From: Felis catus
Lineage: Eukaryota
NCBI RefSeq assembly: GCF_018350175.1
Contig: NC_058368.1
Location: 71,984,001 to 72,048,000, forward strand
Reading direction: 5' to 3'
DNA length: 64,000 nucleotides
The notes below the pieces were generated by a model. It was not told where the DNA came from and made no database searches. It saw only the letters and a list, made by a program, of their open reading frames with translations. Position 1 is the stretch's first letter, and each line of letters begins with the position of its first letter. This document shows, in pieces, positions 49,825-64,000 of this stretch. A program made the translations under genes and the position numbers.

Positions 49825-51325
49825 ATTCTTTTACAAAGTCAGTATTTATTTGATTTTCTTTATGTACAAAAAGTAAACTCCAACTGAACGTAAAACCAAA
49901 TAAAATCCTTTTGGCTTCACTGACTTTAATTACCCATTATCCTAGAGTCACAATTAACCATGTAAACAAGAGATGGCATCACAATGTTAAGTTTGTTATA
50001 CAGACAGGATTTGGCTATTTTAAGGATGTTAAAAGAGAAAATAGATTATAAAGCAACCCGGGTGTCAAAGGACTCTGAGATAATTGCTGCATTAAAAGAA
50101 ATCATCTAAACAGCAAATCTCGCCAAAAATAATGTAGGTAAGGGCCTGGATGTGCTTCTACTTGGCTGACCCAGTATAAGGCCCAGGTACTGTGTAATCG
50201 CTTTGCATTTTACCTTTCTCAGAGCACATGGTGTGTGGAACAAATACGGCTGAGTTGTGGGGTCCCTCAACTGTAAGTTCTAAGCACAATTCTACAAAAT
50301 TACCATTATTTCTATAGGAGAATCTGGTAGGGGGGAGTCATTTTGAATTGAACATGGCACTGATGTGTTGGAATCGACTCATAATGTCTTTGCCAATTTA
50401 TGGCAAAATCAACATACCCTGTGTAAAAAATGAAGCCAATGATACATCACGCACGTGATTTTTTTTTTTTAATAAGCTGAATCATGTAGTTTACTCTTTT
50501 TGCTAAACTTAGTTATTAAAAGGCCTTCACAGAAACTCAACATCTTCAGGTAACCACGTGCCTAAAGCGACCTACGTGCACGTCTGTTTTAAACTTGTTG
50601 CTCCTTGGGGCAATTTCTTTGCCTGGTCCCTGCACACACAATTCTCTAGGAAGCAGGCAACGGTTTTTATTAGAGTGACTGAGTACAGAAACTGACTTGT
50701 TATCACTCGGAATATCTTTTGCCTATTTTTAAGAATACCATGAGAAAAGGATTATACTTTTAAAAATTCAGAATCTGTAGTTTGTAAAACTACTATCATT
50801 TTAGTATGAGTTCAGTGCTGACCTTTTCAGATCAATCATAAATAATAATTTTCCCAAGGGAAGTATTTCTAGTAGAAGTGGGAAAAACAGGAACTAAGAC
50901 TATAGCTACCATACCATAAATATCAGCCACTTTGGGCTTAGCACTCTTTCAGGGGGTGATAATACTGAGTAAGAGCATTTATGAATATACACCTTAGTTT
51001 ACAGACAGGATATATGAAATCTTTGAGTGATCTACATCTGGTATTGGGATAGTTCTCTAATATTACAAATACAACCATTAGGCAAATTTTCTCAAAACAC
51101 GGTAACAACTCCCTGTATACACAACAGCCACCGACCAAGTTTTAGGCCTTCCTATGGCAGGACAAAAAAGCAACTTAAAGACCTCTTGTGACAAGATAGA
51201 ATTAAATGATATCTTAAGTATAGACTGCTCGCCATGGTCCATGGTCCATGGTCCATGTTAGACCATAGGAGGAAAATGCTAGAAAACAGTGCTTCCCATT
51301 AAACCTTGCACTGTGCTAATTCCAC
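49825..51325 (-). other. NALCN: NALCN 3' UTR (~1.5 kb; 3' end approximate)
   Basis: AT-rich stretch with no recognisable transposon, running from the stop codon to an AATAAA that has an upstream TGTA element. Confidence 0.75.
49845..49850 (-). terminator. Likely main polyadenylation signal (AATAAA) of NALCN
   Basis: Plus-strand tttatt; minus strand reads tttttgtacataaagaaaatcaAATAAAtactgactttg, with upstream TGTA/U-rich elements and GU-containing downstream sequence. Confidence 0.7.
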
Positions 51326-51844
<519 letters not shown>

Positions 51845-52027
51845 TCATAGGAATATGGGTGAGTAGGTGTTTGTTAGTATATACAAAGAAAGAAAAACTA
51901 CAAAGGAAAAGGGCAGATAGTGTCAGCAATAGCGAAGGGAGTCTGTAAATCACTTTAGGGGTAGACTTGAATTTGAAATCTGAGACCCAAAGCCCACAGG
52001 GTGTAGACACCTCTAGGACCTGAATCA

Positions 52028-52252
<225 letters not shown>

Positions 52253-52265
52253 TTATTTTATTTTA

Positions 52266-52417
52266 TTATTTATTTATTTATTTTTTAGAGTTTAGAGTTT
52301 ATTCATTTTTTTAAATATGAAATTTATCGTCAAATTGGTTTCCATACAACACCCAGTGCTCATCCCAACAGGTGCCCTCCTCAATACCCATCACCCGCCC
52401 TCCCCTCCCTCCCACCA
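52266..52417 (-). mobile_element. 5'-truncated feline L1 3' end in a NALCN intron, sense to NALCN
   Basis: 20-bp perfect TSD tggacccttattttatttta at 52246-52265 and 52418-52437; same L1 3' UTR text as 27995-28067. Confidence 0.88.
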
Positions 52418-53883
52418 TGGACCCTTATTTTATTTTAAGAAAGAAAGAAAACACAATAGGAAAAACAGTACTGGAGCCCCAGAGTCCACAATGGGGAAAG
52501 GAAAAGAGAAAATGGTTCAGAGAGTCCAGGAAAGTGAGAGCCACCCCTGCACGCGGTGAAGGGAGGGAGCACAATTCTCCAGGTAGCACCTCCTCCAGGT
52601 ATCCCTCCAGGACTCCTCCACTCCCACAGCTACCTCCCCTCTGCACCTGGGGTGTAGCTATGGACCAGGAAGGAAGCGGGGGGCAGCAAGGACTGCCCGG
52701 TTTCCTGAAAGTATATTCTTGCCAACCTATAGGTCAGTCCTAGCGCTCCAGAAAGAGAGCTCAGCAGACAACACTCTCCGACAGCCCCAGAGGAGAATGA
52801 AGCTTATACCAGCCAAGACTAATGTCAGAGAAGAGCTGAGACTCTCCACACATTTTACTCAGTCTCTGGTGCCCCCCCCCCCCTTTCCTATCAGTGCCTC
52901 GGACCTCACATCTCTTCAGTATCCCCTCTTGGTTTTTTGGTTACCTCATGGATTTTTTGTTGTTGCTGTTGTTTTGTTTTTGGTTTTGTTTTTTTACCTG
53001 AAAGTAGACAGCTCTGCAATCATCACTTTGCCAGCCTCATCAGCCCTGCCTGACTGGCTGTCCTGATCTTACCTTGGGCCCACACATGAAGCCTCTATGT
53101 CTCTGCCCTTTGCTGACTGTCCCTGCACAAGTCCCTGTTGTCGGTGGCAGTTGATTCCCACGTGTTGGGGAGCCGACAACATGAAACCCACCCCAAACTG
53201 GGCTGTGGAACAAGGAATTCCCTTGAAGCACCTCGCTGGGCCATGGAGCCACAGGCTTCGGTATTTACTGCCGGCCCCTGGCTAGGCCGCTACACATCAC
53301 AAAGCTTTACTGTGCCAGGGGCTCATCTCAGAGTGCTGGATCGACTCCAGCTCCTCCACAACTGCACCCTCCTAATGGGGAGGACCCCCGCCAGCTGCTG
53401 GTCACAGAGCAAGGTTCTCCAGGGTGTCCATGCTAGGCTTTTTTATGGACACGTACATTGAGTCTGGAAATGGAAATAAGCTTTGCCCTAGTGAAGAAGG
53501 TCCTCCTGAATTCCATATGCTCTTCCAATGACCAACTAAGGGAGGACAAAGCCTCAATGAGTCTGACTGTTTAAGGAAGGTGGTGGTCAATTACAAACAT
53601 TTTCACTGATTCTACTGCAAGTTCCTGTGACCTGGTAGAAGAAAGCATTTAGGGCAGAGCTTTGGGCAAACCATGTTCTCCTAAGTCAAGTAATATCACT
53701 GGACTCTGTTAAACCTGTAGAGATGTGATATGAACTCTTTAGACAAAAATCAATAGAATTAATGCGTTCAGAGCATTAACTTTTTTTTTTTAGTATTCAT
53801 ACAACTCAGAATCAGAATCTTTTGAAATAACCCCAAAGCATTCCAAGTTGTAAAGGTCCAAAGATAATCTAGACCAATATGTT

Positions 53884-53923
<40 letters not shown>

Positions 53924-53954
53924 AAAAACTTCCAATTAGAGATACTGTCACCTT

Positions 53955-54170
53955 GGGGTGCCTGGGAGGCTCAGTCGGTTAAGCATCTGACTCTCGATTG
54001 TGGCTCAGGTCATGATCTCACGGTTCATAAGTTCAAGCTCCCTGTCAGGCTCTGTGCTGACAGCATGGAGCCTGCTTGGGATTCTCTGTCTCCTCTTCTC
54101 TTTCTACCCCTTTCCTGCTTGCACTTTCCCTCTCTCTCTTAAAATAAATAAATAAACACTTGGAAAAAAA
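53955..54170 (+). mobile_element. Can-SINE in a NALCN intron, antisense to the gene
   Basis: ggggtgcctgggaggctcagtcggttaag...; TSD core atactgtcac at 53942 and 54174. Confidence 0.9.
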
Positions 54171-54241
54171 GAAATACTGTCACTTGTTTGAAATGGCTAT
54201 GTGAACAGCACTGTTTTATTTTTTATTTTAAAAATGCACGT

Positions 54242-54470
54242 GGGGCGCCTGGGTGGCTCAGTCGGTTAAGCATCCGACCACTCCACTCAGGTCATGATCT
54301 TGTGGTTCGTGAGTTTGAGCCCCGCGTGGGGCTCTGTGCTGACAGCTCAGAGCCTGGAGTCTGCTTCAGATTCTGTGTCTCCCTCTCTCTCTGCCCCTCC
54401 CCCACTCACGCTCTCTGTCTCAAAAATAAATAAACACTAAAAAAAATAAATAAATGAAAAATAAAAAATA
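54242..54470 (+). mobile_element. Feline Can-SINE in a NALCN intron, antisense to the gene
   Basis: ggggcgcctgggtggctcagtcggttaag...; TSD aaaaatgcac at 54230 and 54471. Confidence 0.93.
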
Positions 54471-54508
54471 AAAAATGCACATAATATCCTTGGAGGAAGG
54501 ATGCCTCA

Positions 54509-54667
<159 letters not shown>

Positions 54668-55904
54668 CTATGGAAATATGATCATTCTCTCGGTAACGGA
54701 GAAATCAACCCAACATCCCCCTGTCCCCCAGCACTCAAATTGTATTTCCTTCTCTCCTCTCCAAAGAACCTGTATGCTCAGTGACCTCTTAGGAACTTCC
54801 AAATGAGGATGTTTAACTACTTCCCCTAGTTAAGTATCAGACTGCTATAAAGGCAGGCTTAGAGACCTCCCAACCCACGCTTATTTGCATAACAATGGGA
54901 ATAAATATGTTCATTGATGCTAGCTCCTGTTGTATTGAAAACAGAATTTTTAAATCACTAACTTGGGTGTTCTATATTTTCCCTTCTTATTTTGCTCTGT
55001 GCTCATTCAGCCAATATGGATCGCCCTTTCTTTCTGTGTTGTTAGAGGCAGAGAGCTTTGGATGGATGAGTGAAACCCTTGCTCTTGTCTTATTCTGGAT
55101 AGAGGCAGGACTGTCTGTCTTGACACACACTTGGGAACATGGTCTGGTGCTGAGCCAGCTCCCTGTGCCTTCTTGGGGTCTGTGGGGGGGGGGGGAGGTT
55201 GGGTCCCCAAAGTGAACAGGGCTATGATATAACTATTGTCTTGTTATAGGAGGTTGGAGTGTTTTGTTTCCCTGGGGACATTTTCTCCTCCAACAGATAT
55301 GTTTCTGCTGTTGATGTTGTTCTGAGAAACAGGATTTAAAAAGTGTATTATATATAAATGTTTAGTAATTAGCGTGATTCTTTCATCTGTGTGTGAAGTG
55401 TAAGTCAAAAGCATAATCATAAAAATAATTATCTAGTAGAAATGCCTAGTGTAAACACAGTGTATGCCAACACAGTATATGTTCATTGATTTATGAGTCA
55501 GAGAATCCTATAAGCTTATAAGTCTAAAGGCAACAGACAGATCATTAAACTCCCAGGAGACGTGGCCTTTGTTAAAGACCAAACAACATTATCAATGGAA
55601 TGGTGGAATTTTTAGGAGCGATTTAAAAGTACTTTTGTAAACTCGGTTGCCAGTCATCGTATAGAGATTTGGGCATTTTGAACAGTTGAGTTTGATAAAT
55701 GGAGATCACAAATATTTTAATAAATATTTGTTCAGTAAACTGCTTTTTAAACATCAATGTTCTGTTATAAAAATGTGATTCCATGGCAACGCTTTATGGA
55801 CTCTGCTAACGAGGGCGCAGCTGGGTCTGGATGAGAGCTCAGGTGCGAACCAGGTGGCCATCACGAGGGGATGAAGCTGACACAGTTGAGGGGCTACGAG
55901 GCTA

Positions 55905-56237
<333 letters not shown>

Positions 56238-57685
56238 TCAGAGAGGACACCACTCAGTCCAACCAAGGTACTGTTCCTGTGCCACTGGACTAGTTATGTC
56301 ACCTCCTCTGTAAGATGGGGACAGTCATGGTCCCCACCTTATTAAATGACTGAGTTAATACTTGGGAGGTGCTTACAGTAGTAAGTGCCATATAAGCGTT
56401 TGTAAAACCGAAGGTCTAGGCTGGTCCCTGATCTACATTACCAGCTGCTTAAGGCTCTGGAATGTTCCCTGTAGAAGGAAGACTGCTCTGTCTGTATACT
56501 TCCTTCACCTTCAGTTCCAGGTGGGGATGGTCAGTAAGGGTTGGCTAAGGTCAGGCTTCCTGCCCCCCGCCCCTGCCATTTCCCTCTCCATCGATCCCAT
56601 TTGTGCCCCTGGATCTTCCTCATTAATTCTGGTGGGTGAAAGGTCAGGGTGGAATACTCGCTCCCATTCTGCCCTAGGCGCAACAGGTTCAGGTGGGGGC
56701 AAATGAAGCCAACACAACCAATGTGTCGCCTCAGGGCCCCTGGGCAGTAAGGCAACGACTCACACTGCATCCTGGCTGAGGGGTCTACAGCCAAAGAAGA
56801 ACGCAGCCCCTTCTGCCCCTGGTGCTTGCCGGTGCTGCCACAGGACCCCTGGTTGGCCCTCAGCCCCTGCCTGCCTCTCCCGTGAACTCAGTGCTGCCTC
56901 CACCGCCCACATCACAGCACGGAGGTGCTCGGGAGTCCTCCCCATGCAGCACTGGCACCCCGACCTTCTCTTCTTTGCTAGCGCTCTTCCCTCCTTGGAG
57001 GAGGGAAATGTGTCTGCTCTTCCTCTCTTCCCTGCCTCCTCCAGAATCTCATCAGTGCCAAACTGTTTTCATCACTTCCTGAGCTGCAGGGATAGGGAGG
57101 GGCAATCCAGACCCCCATTGGCTTTGCTGGGGTCCATCTTATCGGATGCCTCCCTGTGTTCCAGAGAGGCCGAATGAGAACCGCTAATGACAGCGGGTGT
57201 CTACGTGTCTCCCTTCGACCTAAAAATATTTGTCACCAAGAGGAAAGATTTGGTGACATTCTGAGATGGCGTCCTCCGCTAGCCATATGTATTTTCTGCC
57301 TCTTCTTTTTCTGCCTTTGGCATGCTCCTGGAAGAAGGGAATAGCGGGAAGGAAACTGGGAAACTTGAGAGAACTTCTCCCGGGTCCTTCCTGTTCTTAT
57401 TTTCAAATTTCAGCCCCAAGCATATTTCTGTATACCTGAGTGCTTCTGAATGTGTGACACCATACCCAGCCCTTCACCAAATATTTGCCACATGATGAAA
57501 ATAGCCACTTCTAGAAGAGGGCCATGACTTTTCCTGCGGACAGACCTCTTTGAGAGTGGGGCCCATGGGACTTTTCATAGAATAACATTTTAAATACATA
57601 AAATAAAATATCTCTTATTACCAAGGAAAGCAATTATATTCAAATACAGTGCTCATATTATTTTCTTTAAAAAGGTGATGACAGA

Positions 57686-58427
57686 ATGGATAAAGAAGAT
57701 ACAGTATATATGCAATGGAATATTTCTCAGCCATAAAAAAGAATGAGATCTTGCCATTTGCGACAACATGGATGGAGCTAGGGGGTATCATGCTAAGTGA
57801 AATAAGTCAGACTGAGAAAGAAAAATACCATATGATTTCAATTACATGTGGAATCTAAAAAATAAAGCAGAAACAGACCCATAAATACAGAAAACAAACT
57901 GCTGGTTGTCAGAAGGGTGGAGGGGAAGAGGGTGAAAGGGAGAGGGAGGGTACAGGCTTCCAGTTTTGTAATGAATAAGTCACGGGGATGAAAAGTGCAG
58001 CATAAAGAATATAGTTAATGATGCTGTAATAGTGTTGTATGGTGACTGATGGTGTCTACTCTCGTGGTGAGCACAGCATAACATACACAGTTGTGGAATC
58101 ACTATGTTGTACACCTGAAACTAATGTAACATTGTATGTCAACCTTATTTTATTTTTTTCAATGTTTATTTATTTTTTTGGGGGGGGGGACAGAGAGAGA
58201 CAGAGCATGGACGGGGGAGGGGCAGAGAGAGAGGGAGACACAGAATCGGAAACAGGCTCCAGGCTCTGAGCCATCAGCCCAGAGCCTGACGCGGGGCTCG
58301 AACTCACGGACCGCGAGATCGTGACCTGGCTGAAGTCAGACGTTTAACCGACTGCACCACCCAGGCGCCCCTGTCAACCTTATTTTAATAAAAAAAAGAA
58401 ATGAAATTAATTTTGGAAATTTTTAAA
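57686..58427 (+). mobile_element. L1 3' end (L1MA/carnivore type), itself inserted in an old hAT-Charlie-like element (~57540-58740)
   Basis: atggataaagaagat...ttgccatttgcgacaacatggatggagctag...tgtacacctgaaactaat; degenerate 17-bp TSD at 57669 and 58428. Confidence 0.8.
58153..58371 (-). mobile_element. Young feline SINE inside the L1, sense to NALCN
   Basis: Perfect 16-bp TSD tgtcaaccttatttta at 58137 and 58372. Confidence 0.95.
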
Positions 58428-58758
58428 AAAAAGATGGTGACAGAGTAACATAAGTGCTTCTTTATTAATGCATTAAATAATAACATCTAGCTGAGGTCAA
58501 AGGACTACTGTAATTTAGAAGCAGTGGTGAGTATAGAGGATATTGAAGATTATCGGCCACGTCAGCGATGCCATCTGAAAATATCTATGAGTTCTGCTGG
58601 TGGCAGAGATGCAGGTTATTATTAACACTGTGGGGCTTGCTGCCTGCATTCATCACTGAAGAAAATGCTGCATTTCAGTGACTGATTAATGACAACAGAG
58701 ATGTGATTGTTTCCAAGCCCATTGACCTCTGGATTTGATCCATGGATTCCTGTTTAAA

Positions 58759-58986
58759 TTTTTTTTTAACGTGTGTTCATTTTTTTAGAAACAGAGACAG
58801 AAAGAGACGGAGCACAAGTGGGGGGGGGGGCGGGGCACAGAGAGAAGGGAGACACAGAATCTGAAGCCAGCTCCAGGCTCTGAGCTGTCAGCACAGAGCC
58901 TGACATGGGGCTCGAACCCACAAACTGTGAAATCATGACCTGCGCCGAAGTTGGAGGCTTAATTGACTGAGCCACCAAGGTGCCCC
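58759..58986 (-). mobile_element. Feline Can-SINE, sense to NALCN
   Basis: TSD gattcctgtttaaa at 58745 and 58991. Confidence 0.93.
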
Positions 58987-59008
58987 TATAGATTCCTGTT
59001 TAAAAAGC

Positions 59009-59450
59009 TGTTATGGATTGTTTTCCCCCTAAAAAAAATCTTTGTTGGAGTGATGACCCCCAGTACCTCAAAATGTGATCTTATTTTGAAATAGGTTACT
59101 ACAGATGTGATAAATTAAGAAGAGATAATACTGGACTGGGGTGGGTCCCTAATCCAATACAAATGGTGTCCTTATAAAAGGGAGGATTTGGACACACATG
59201 CGTAAGCACACACGCACATGCACACGCACACGCACGCACACATGCGGGAAGAACGACACGTGAAGGTGAGGGCAGAGATCGGGGTGATGTTTCTACAAGG
59301 AAGGCGCCAACTCCTAGGAGCTGGCAAGAGGCTGGAAGAGTCCCTCTCACAGCCTCAGAAGGAACCAGCCTTGCCGACCCCTTGAATTTAAGCTTCTAGC
59401 CTCTAGGACTGTGAGACAATACACTTGTTTCAACCACCCAGTTTATGGAA
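59009..59450 (+). mobile_element. MLT1C-like MaLR LTR with an internal (CA/CG)-type simple repeat
   Basis: ccccagtacctcaaaatgtga...gggtccctaatccaat...cctcagaaggaaccagcc...ctgtgagacaata. Confidence 0.8.
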
Positions 59451-59858
59451 TTTCGTCCTCCTTGTCCTGTGTGGGGTCTCAGTGAATGTCTAGAACGTGT
59501 GGTTTGCCAGCCAGCTGGGGGCGGAATCATGGAGCAAATGAGAAGATCTGGATTGGACTCCAGCTGGACCACCTAGTCACTAAACTCCCCCAGACCAGCT
59601 CCTCCCTCACAGAACGAGGGAAAGCTGTGCTCCCCAAAGCCCCTCACCTCTCCCATCAGGATCTCCTCAGTCATACGGGGCACCTCTGGGGATGTCAGGC
59701 CACTGCTTCTTCCCCCTCCTGTGTGCGGCACTCACTCAGACACGGCCCTTACAGGACAGCGACAAAGGCCATGTGGAGCCTGAGCAGTGTGGCCTCACCT
59801 TATAATCTCAACGAGTGTGGCATCTTGGGCTGTGAGCCCACTTGTTGGTTGTATTTCA

Positions 59859-60200
<342 letters not shown>

Positions 60201-61910
60201 TTAAAAGATAGCATAATTAGCACTGGGAAGTAAGGAAGTTGTTTGCCTCCCTGGAGGCTGGGTCAGGAGGGTGTTTACTAGAGAAGCACCACATTGAAAG
60301 CCGAGCACTTAGATTTTCCGCTGGTGCTTCTCTGGTTCTGTGGGATCTTATAACCTGGCAGCATTGGGAGCCTAGGAGGCTCTCTGCCTCCCTGGCCCCA
60401 GCCCTTGCTTTACCAGGGTTTTCCTCTCCTGGTCTGTTTCACTGACTCAGCCTCTGCTCATCTATTTCTCTAAAACACGCTGAGTGGGTTGCTAATGCAT
60501 TATCGCAGAAAGTACAACATTCACATGTACATGATCCTCCTCTTCACTTAGCCTGGATGCTACAAACTTCTAAACATTTTTTATAAATGGCTCTTCTAGG
60601 GAATGATCACTCCTTTTCAGGTCTTCCCAATTATTAGCACAATTACATACAAGAGAATCTGGTCAGAGCAGCTCCAGAGTCTGGAATATCAAACACGTGT
60701 CGCTCCCTTACGGGCAACACAATCTACCGTGCCAGCCTGGCTCTGTCTTTGAATTAAGGCATTGGGCTAAAGGCAGGGACATGGGTAACCATGAATTCCT
60801 GTCAGTTAGAAACACCTTAACATGTGACTCATGGTGCCATCTTTGATGTGTGCATCCAAGGAAAGTAGGTTCCCACAGGCAGTGGTCTTGGAGAGGCAGG
60901 TGGATCAAGGGGAGACAGGAGAGCTAGGCCAGATGGCCACACGTGCAGGTCACTGTCTCAGAGAAAGCCCCCCTGAGACTGGTGACTGCGGAAGTGGGGG
61001 GTGTTAGGGAGAGGGGGACAAAGGCGGTGAGGAAAGCCAGGCATTACTGTGCAGGCCTAGCTCAGGATGCCCCCTTCCTTAGCTTGTTCTGGTTCTTTGG
61101 TCTTCACGCCCTCTGTGAACTCTTCCTGCAACTGTTTTTGAACCTACCCATGGTAGAACTTTCCTTGTTTTTCGGATGTCAGGTTTAACAACACCTCCCC
61201 AGCCAGACCGTCATGGTCACCCCGCTAAAGTAGCCTGCCCTCCAGTCCGACTGGTGTCTACCATATTACCATCTGCAAAGTGCTTATAGCTTCTTGAGAT
61301 AATAATGATTACTATTATTTCACGTTATATTGTTTGTCTCCCAATATTAGAATAGAAGCTCTGTAAGCATGGGTGACTTTCCGTTGCGTTCACTGCTGTA
61401 TCCCCAGCACCCAGAACTAGGCCTGAGTATTTGCTAGGGATGAAGAAAGGGGAAAAGAAAGAGCAGCAGCAGCAGCTAGAGAATGAGATATTGTTGCTTT
61501 GGCTAATTCCAGGAAATCTTGGGAAAGTTTTATGGTTAAAGCATTCAAAGAATAAGTCCAAAATAATTTAAAAAATAACCTTCAGAAACCACTAAGTAGT
61601 TCCTTTGCACTTCTAATCAGGATTGCTGTGTGTGGCTGTTTGTGGCTCTGTATTACACCATCGCTCTGGTGATTTGAACTTCACTACTTCTGCTGCTCTC
61701 ATCCTAGGGCTGGTTTCCTCAGAGCTTCCTTGGTTTCCTCTCCTTGATGACTTTCTGAATGTCCAAGAAGAGGGCATCCACGGTTGGACAGGGGACCATT
61801 CTGTCCCTCTCCCTTCCTAGCATATTTTGCTGAACGGTCAATGATGGCTTTCTACAATTCACAATAGCCATTCCAAATTCAATAGATGTCTACTGGTGAC
61901 AGCGAGACTA

Positions 61911-62126
<216 letters not shown>

Positions 62127-62756
62127 TTATGCTAATCTGTCATTTTTTAGAAAAAGTAAAACATCTATTATAAATAATGGATTTTATCACCTACATCACA
62201 AGCCAAATTTTTACAGTGTTTTTTAGTGTGTTTTCCAAGTTGGCATATCTTACTTACACTTGGATTAAGCTATTTATCCAGCTCCTGCCTTTCCAAAACA
62301 TGAGGGTCATGAGCATAAACACACATTCTGTGTGTGGAGATATCCATGCCAGCTGGCTTTCACTCTTAGTTGACAGTTCCAGGGCAGTATTTAAAGGTCA
62401 GATTGGGTTCTGGGTGGCCCCACACCTGGGTGAACACCATGTATCTTTCAGAAACATAACTGTGATGTTTCAAGGCCATAAAGGTAGCCCTCTCTGAGAT
62501 TTCTTCAACTCAATCCATGAGAAGAGCTCTTTTGAAATTAATGATCATAATTAATAGGACAACTCTTGAAATTGCAATCAACTGTCATTTACATGCCTTT
62601 CAAAGGTCTTTTCAGCTTCTGGATCGAGAGGCAACAATTTATAATTAATGCCATGAAATACCCGCCCCAAGCAATCTGGGATAATTACTTGAAAATTGTA
62701 CGTAATTATCTAAGTACCTGGGTTTAAAGATATTAAAACATATTCAGTGAACATCA

Positions 62757-62924
<168 letters not shown>

Positions 62925-63704
62925 TCAGAGTGAAGAATATGAATTTGTGCACATGCTGTAGTTTGTGAACTATCCCTCACCATATAAAACATAATTAACT
63001 TCAAAGTTAATCTCCCAAAAGCCACGTACATTGAGTACATCATCCGTGGCAAAAATCAAAAAGAATCTTTCCTTTATTCTACACTTCTAGTCTCAGGGAA
63101 TCTCAAGTTCAGTGCCATTTTAGAAGCACAATGAAAATGAACTCCTTTCTTTCAAGAGACATTCTTTCTGCCACCTGCACTAGTCCTGAATGGTAAGTAG
63201 TTCTTGTGATGGGAGCTGCAGAAAGTCAAAAAAGCATTTAAAAAATTTCTTTGACCTAACTAATGGGTTAAGCTTTATGAAGATTTGTTATACATAGCAA
63301 ATTCACATTCAAATTGTGTAAGAAGAAACCAGTAATCTTCATTCTTGGGGCACCATTATGGGACTTTACAGAAGGGCACTAGACTCAGGTTATCAAAAGT
63401 CCCCCCACCCCGTCTTTAGTGGCCCAATAAAATGCCGGCACCTCAGAGAAACCTGGCTTCTTTCAGCCAGAGAGACTAGCTCTTTCTTCTGCAGAAGAAG
63501 CAGTTGTAGCACTCTGCTTGTTGTATATTTAGAATCTATTTAATTCTGCTTCATATTATATTTGATTTGGTAAATTCTGTCCCCATTCATTCATGCATAG
63601 AGTTCTTTAGCTCCTACTATGTGCTGGATTTATACCCAATGTTGGAGACAGACAGGTAAGCAAGACATAGAGTCTGTCCCTCCTTCATGTTGCTGAGGGT
63701 CTAA

Positions 63705-63910
63705 AGCTATACATGGGAGCCACGGACTGCATGTGGCTATTAAAATGTAAATGTATGTTAATGAACATCAAATACAGTTTGATGAAATTTAAAATTCAGT
63801 TGCTCAGGAGCACTAGTCCCATTTCAAGGGCTCAGTAACCACATATGGCTACTGCATTAGACAGAGCAGATTGCCATCATGGCAGAAATTTCTTTTGGAC
63901 AGTGTTGTTC
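63705..63910. mobile_element. MER3/MER33-like hAT element
   Basis: catgtggctatt...aaaattcagtt...catttcaag...cacatatggcta...ttggacagtg. Confidence 0.6.
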
Positions 63911-64000
63911 TGGAGGTTGAGAGAGAGGAAATAGAGATGGAATAATCAAGCCAGTAACTCACTATAGCTGTGATACATGCTACAAAGGAGAAACACAGAG

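Noticed and set aside
50151..50360. 7-mer seed matches in the UTR for miR-218 (50151-50157) and miR-183 (50354-50360)
   Set aside because: Single 7-mers are expected by chance in 1.5 kb; unsupported without conservation data.

Overview
Mammalian genomic DNA, almost certainly from a felid (feline-type Can-SINEs and L1 3' ends). The right-hand ~14 kb holds the 3' end of NALCN (sodium leak channel) on the minus strand. Seven coding exons (62894->51326) have canonical GT-AG junctions and consistent phases, and encode 339 C-terminal residues: the end of the domain IV pore loop, S6 and the cytoplasmic tail ending ...DDLLDV*. A ~1.5 kb 3' UTR follows, with a distal AATAAA at 49845-49850. The left ~49 kb is intergenic and transposon-rich (Can-SINEs, L1, L2/MIR, MLT/ERV LTRs, MER DNA transposons), and I see no other gene there. 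Almost all ORFs in the supplied track are chance or repeat-derived. I found no evidence for a wholly new biological system. The best leads are regulatory or retrotransposon events at the NALCN 3' end: a sense-oriented truncated L1 with an apparent mini 3' transduction next to an acceptor, inverted SINEs flanking two exons, a Pumilio element beside the distal poly(A) signal, and a candidate proximal poly(A) site. Exon numbers, human comparisons and repeat family names are from memory and need checking by alignment or RepeatMasker.
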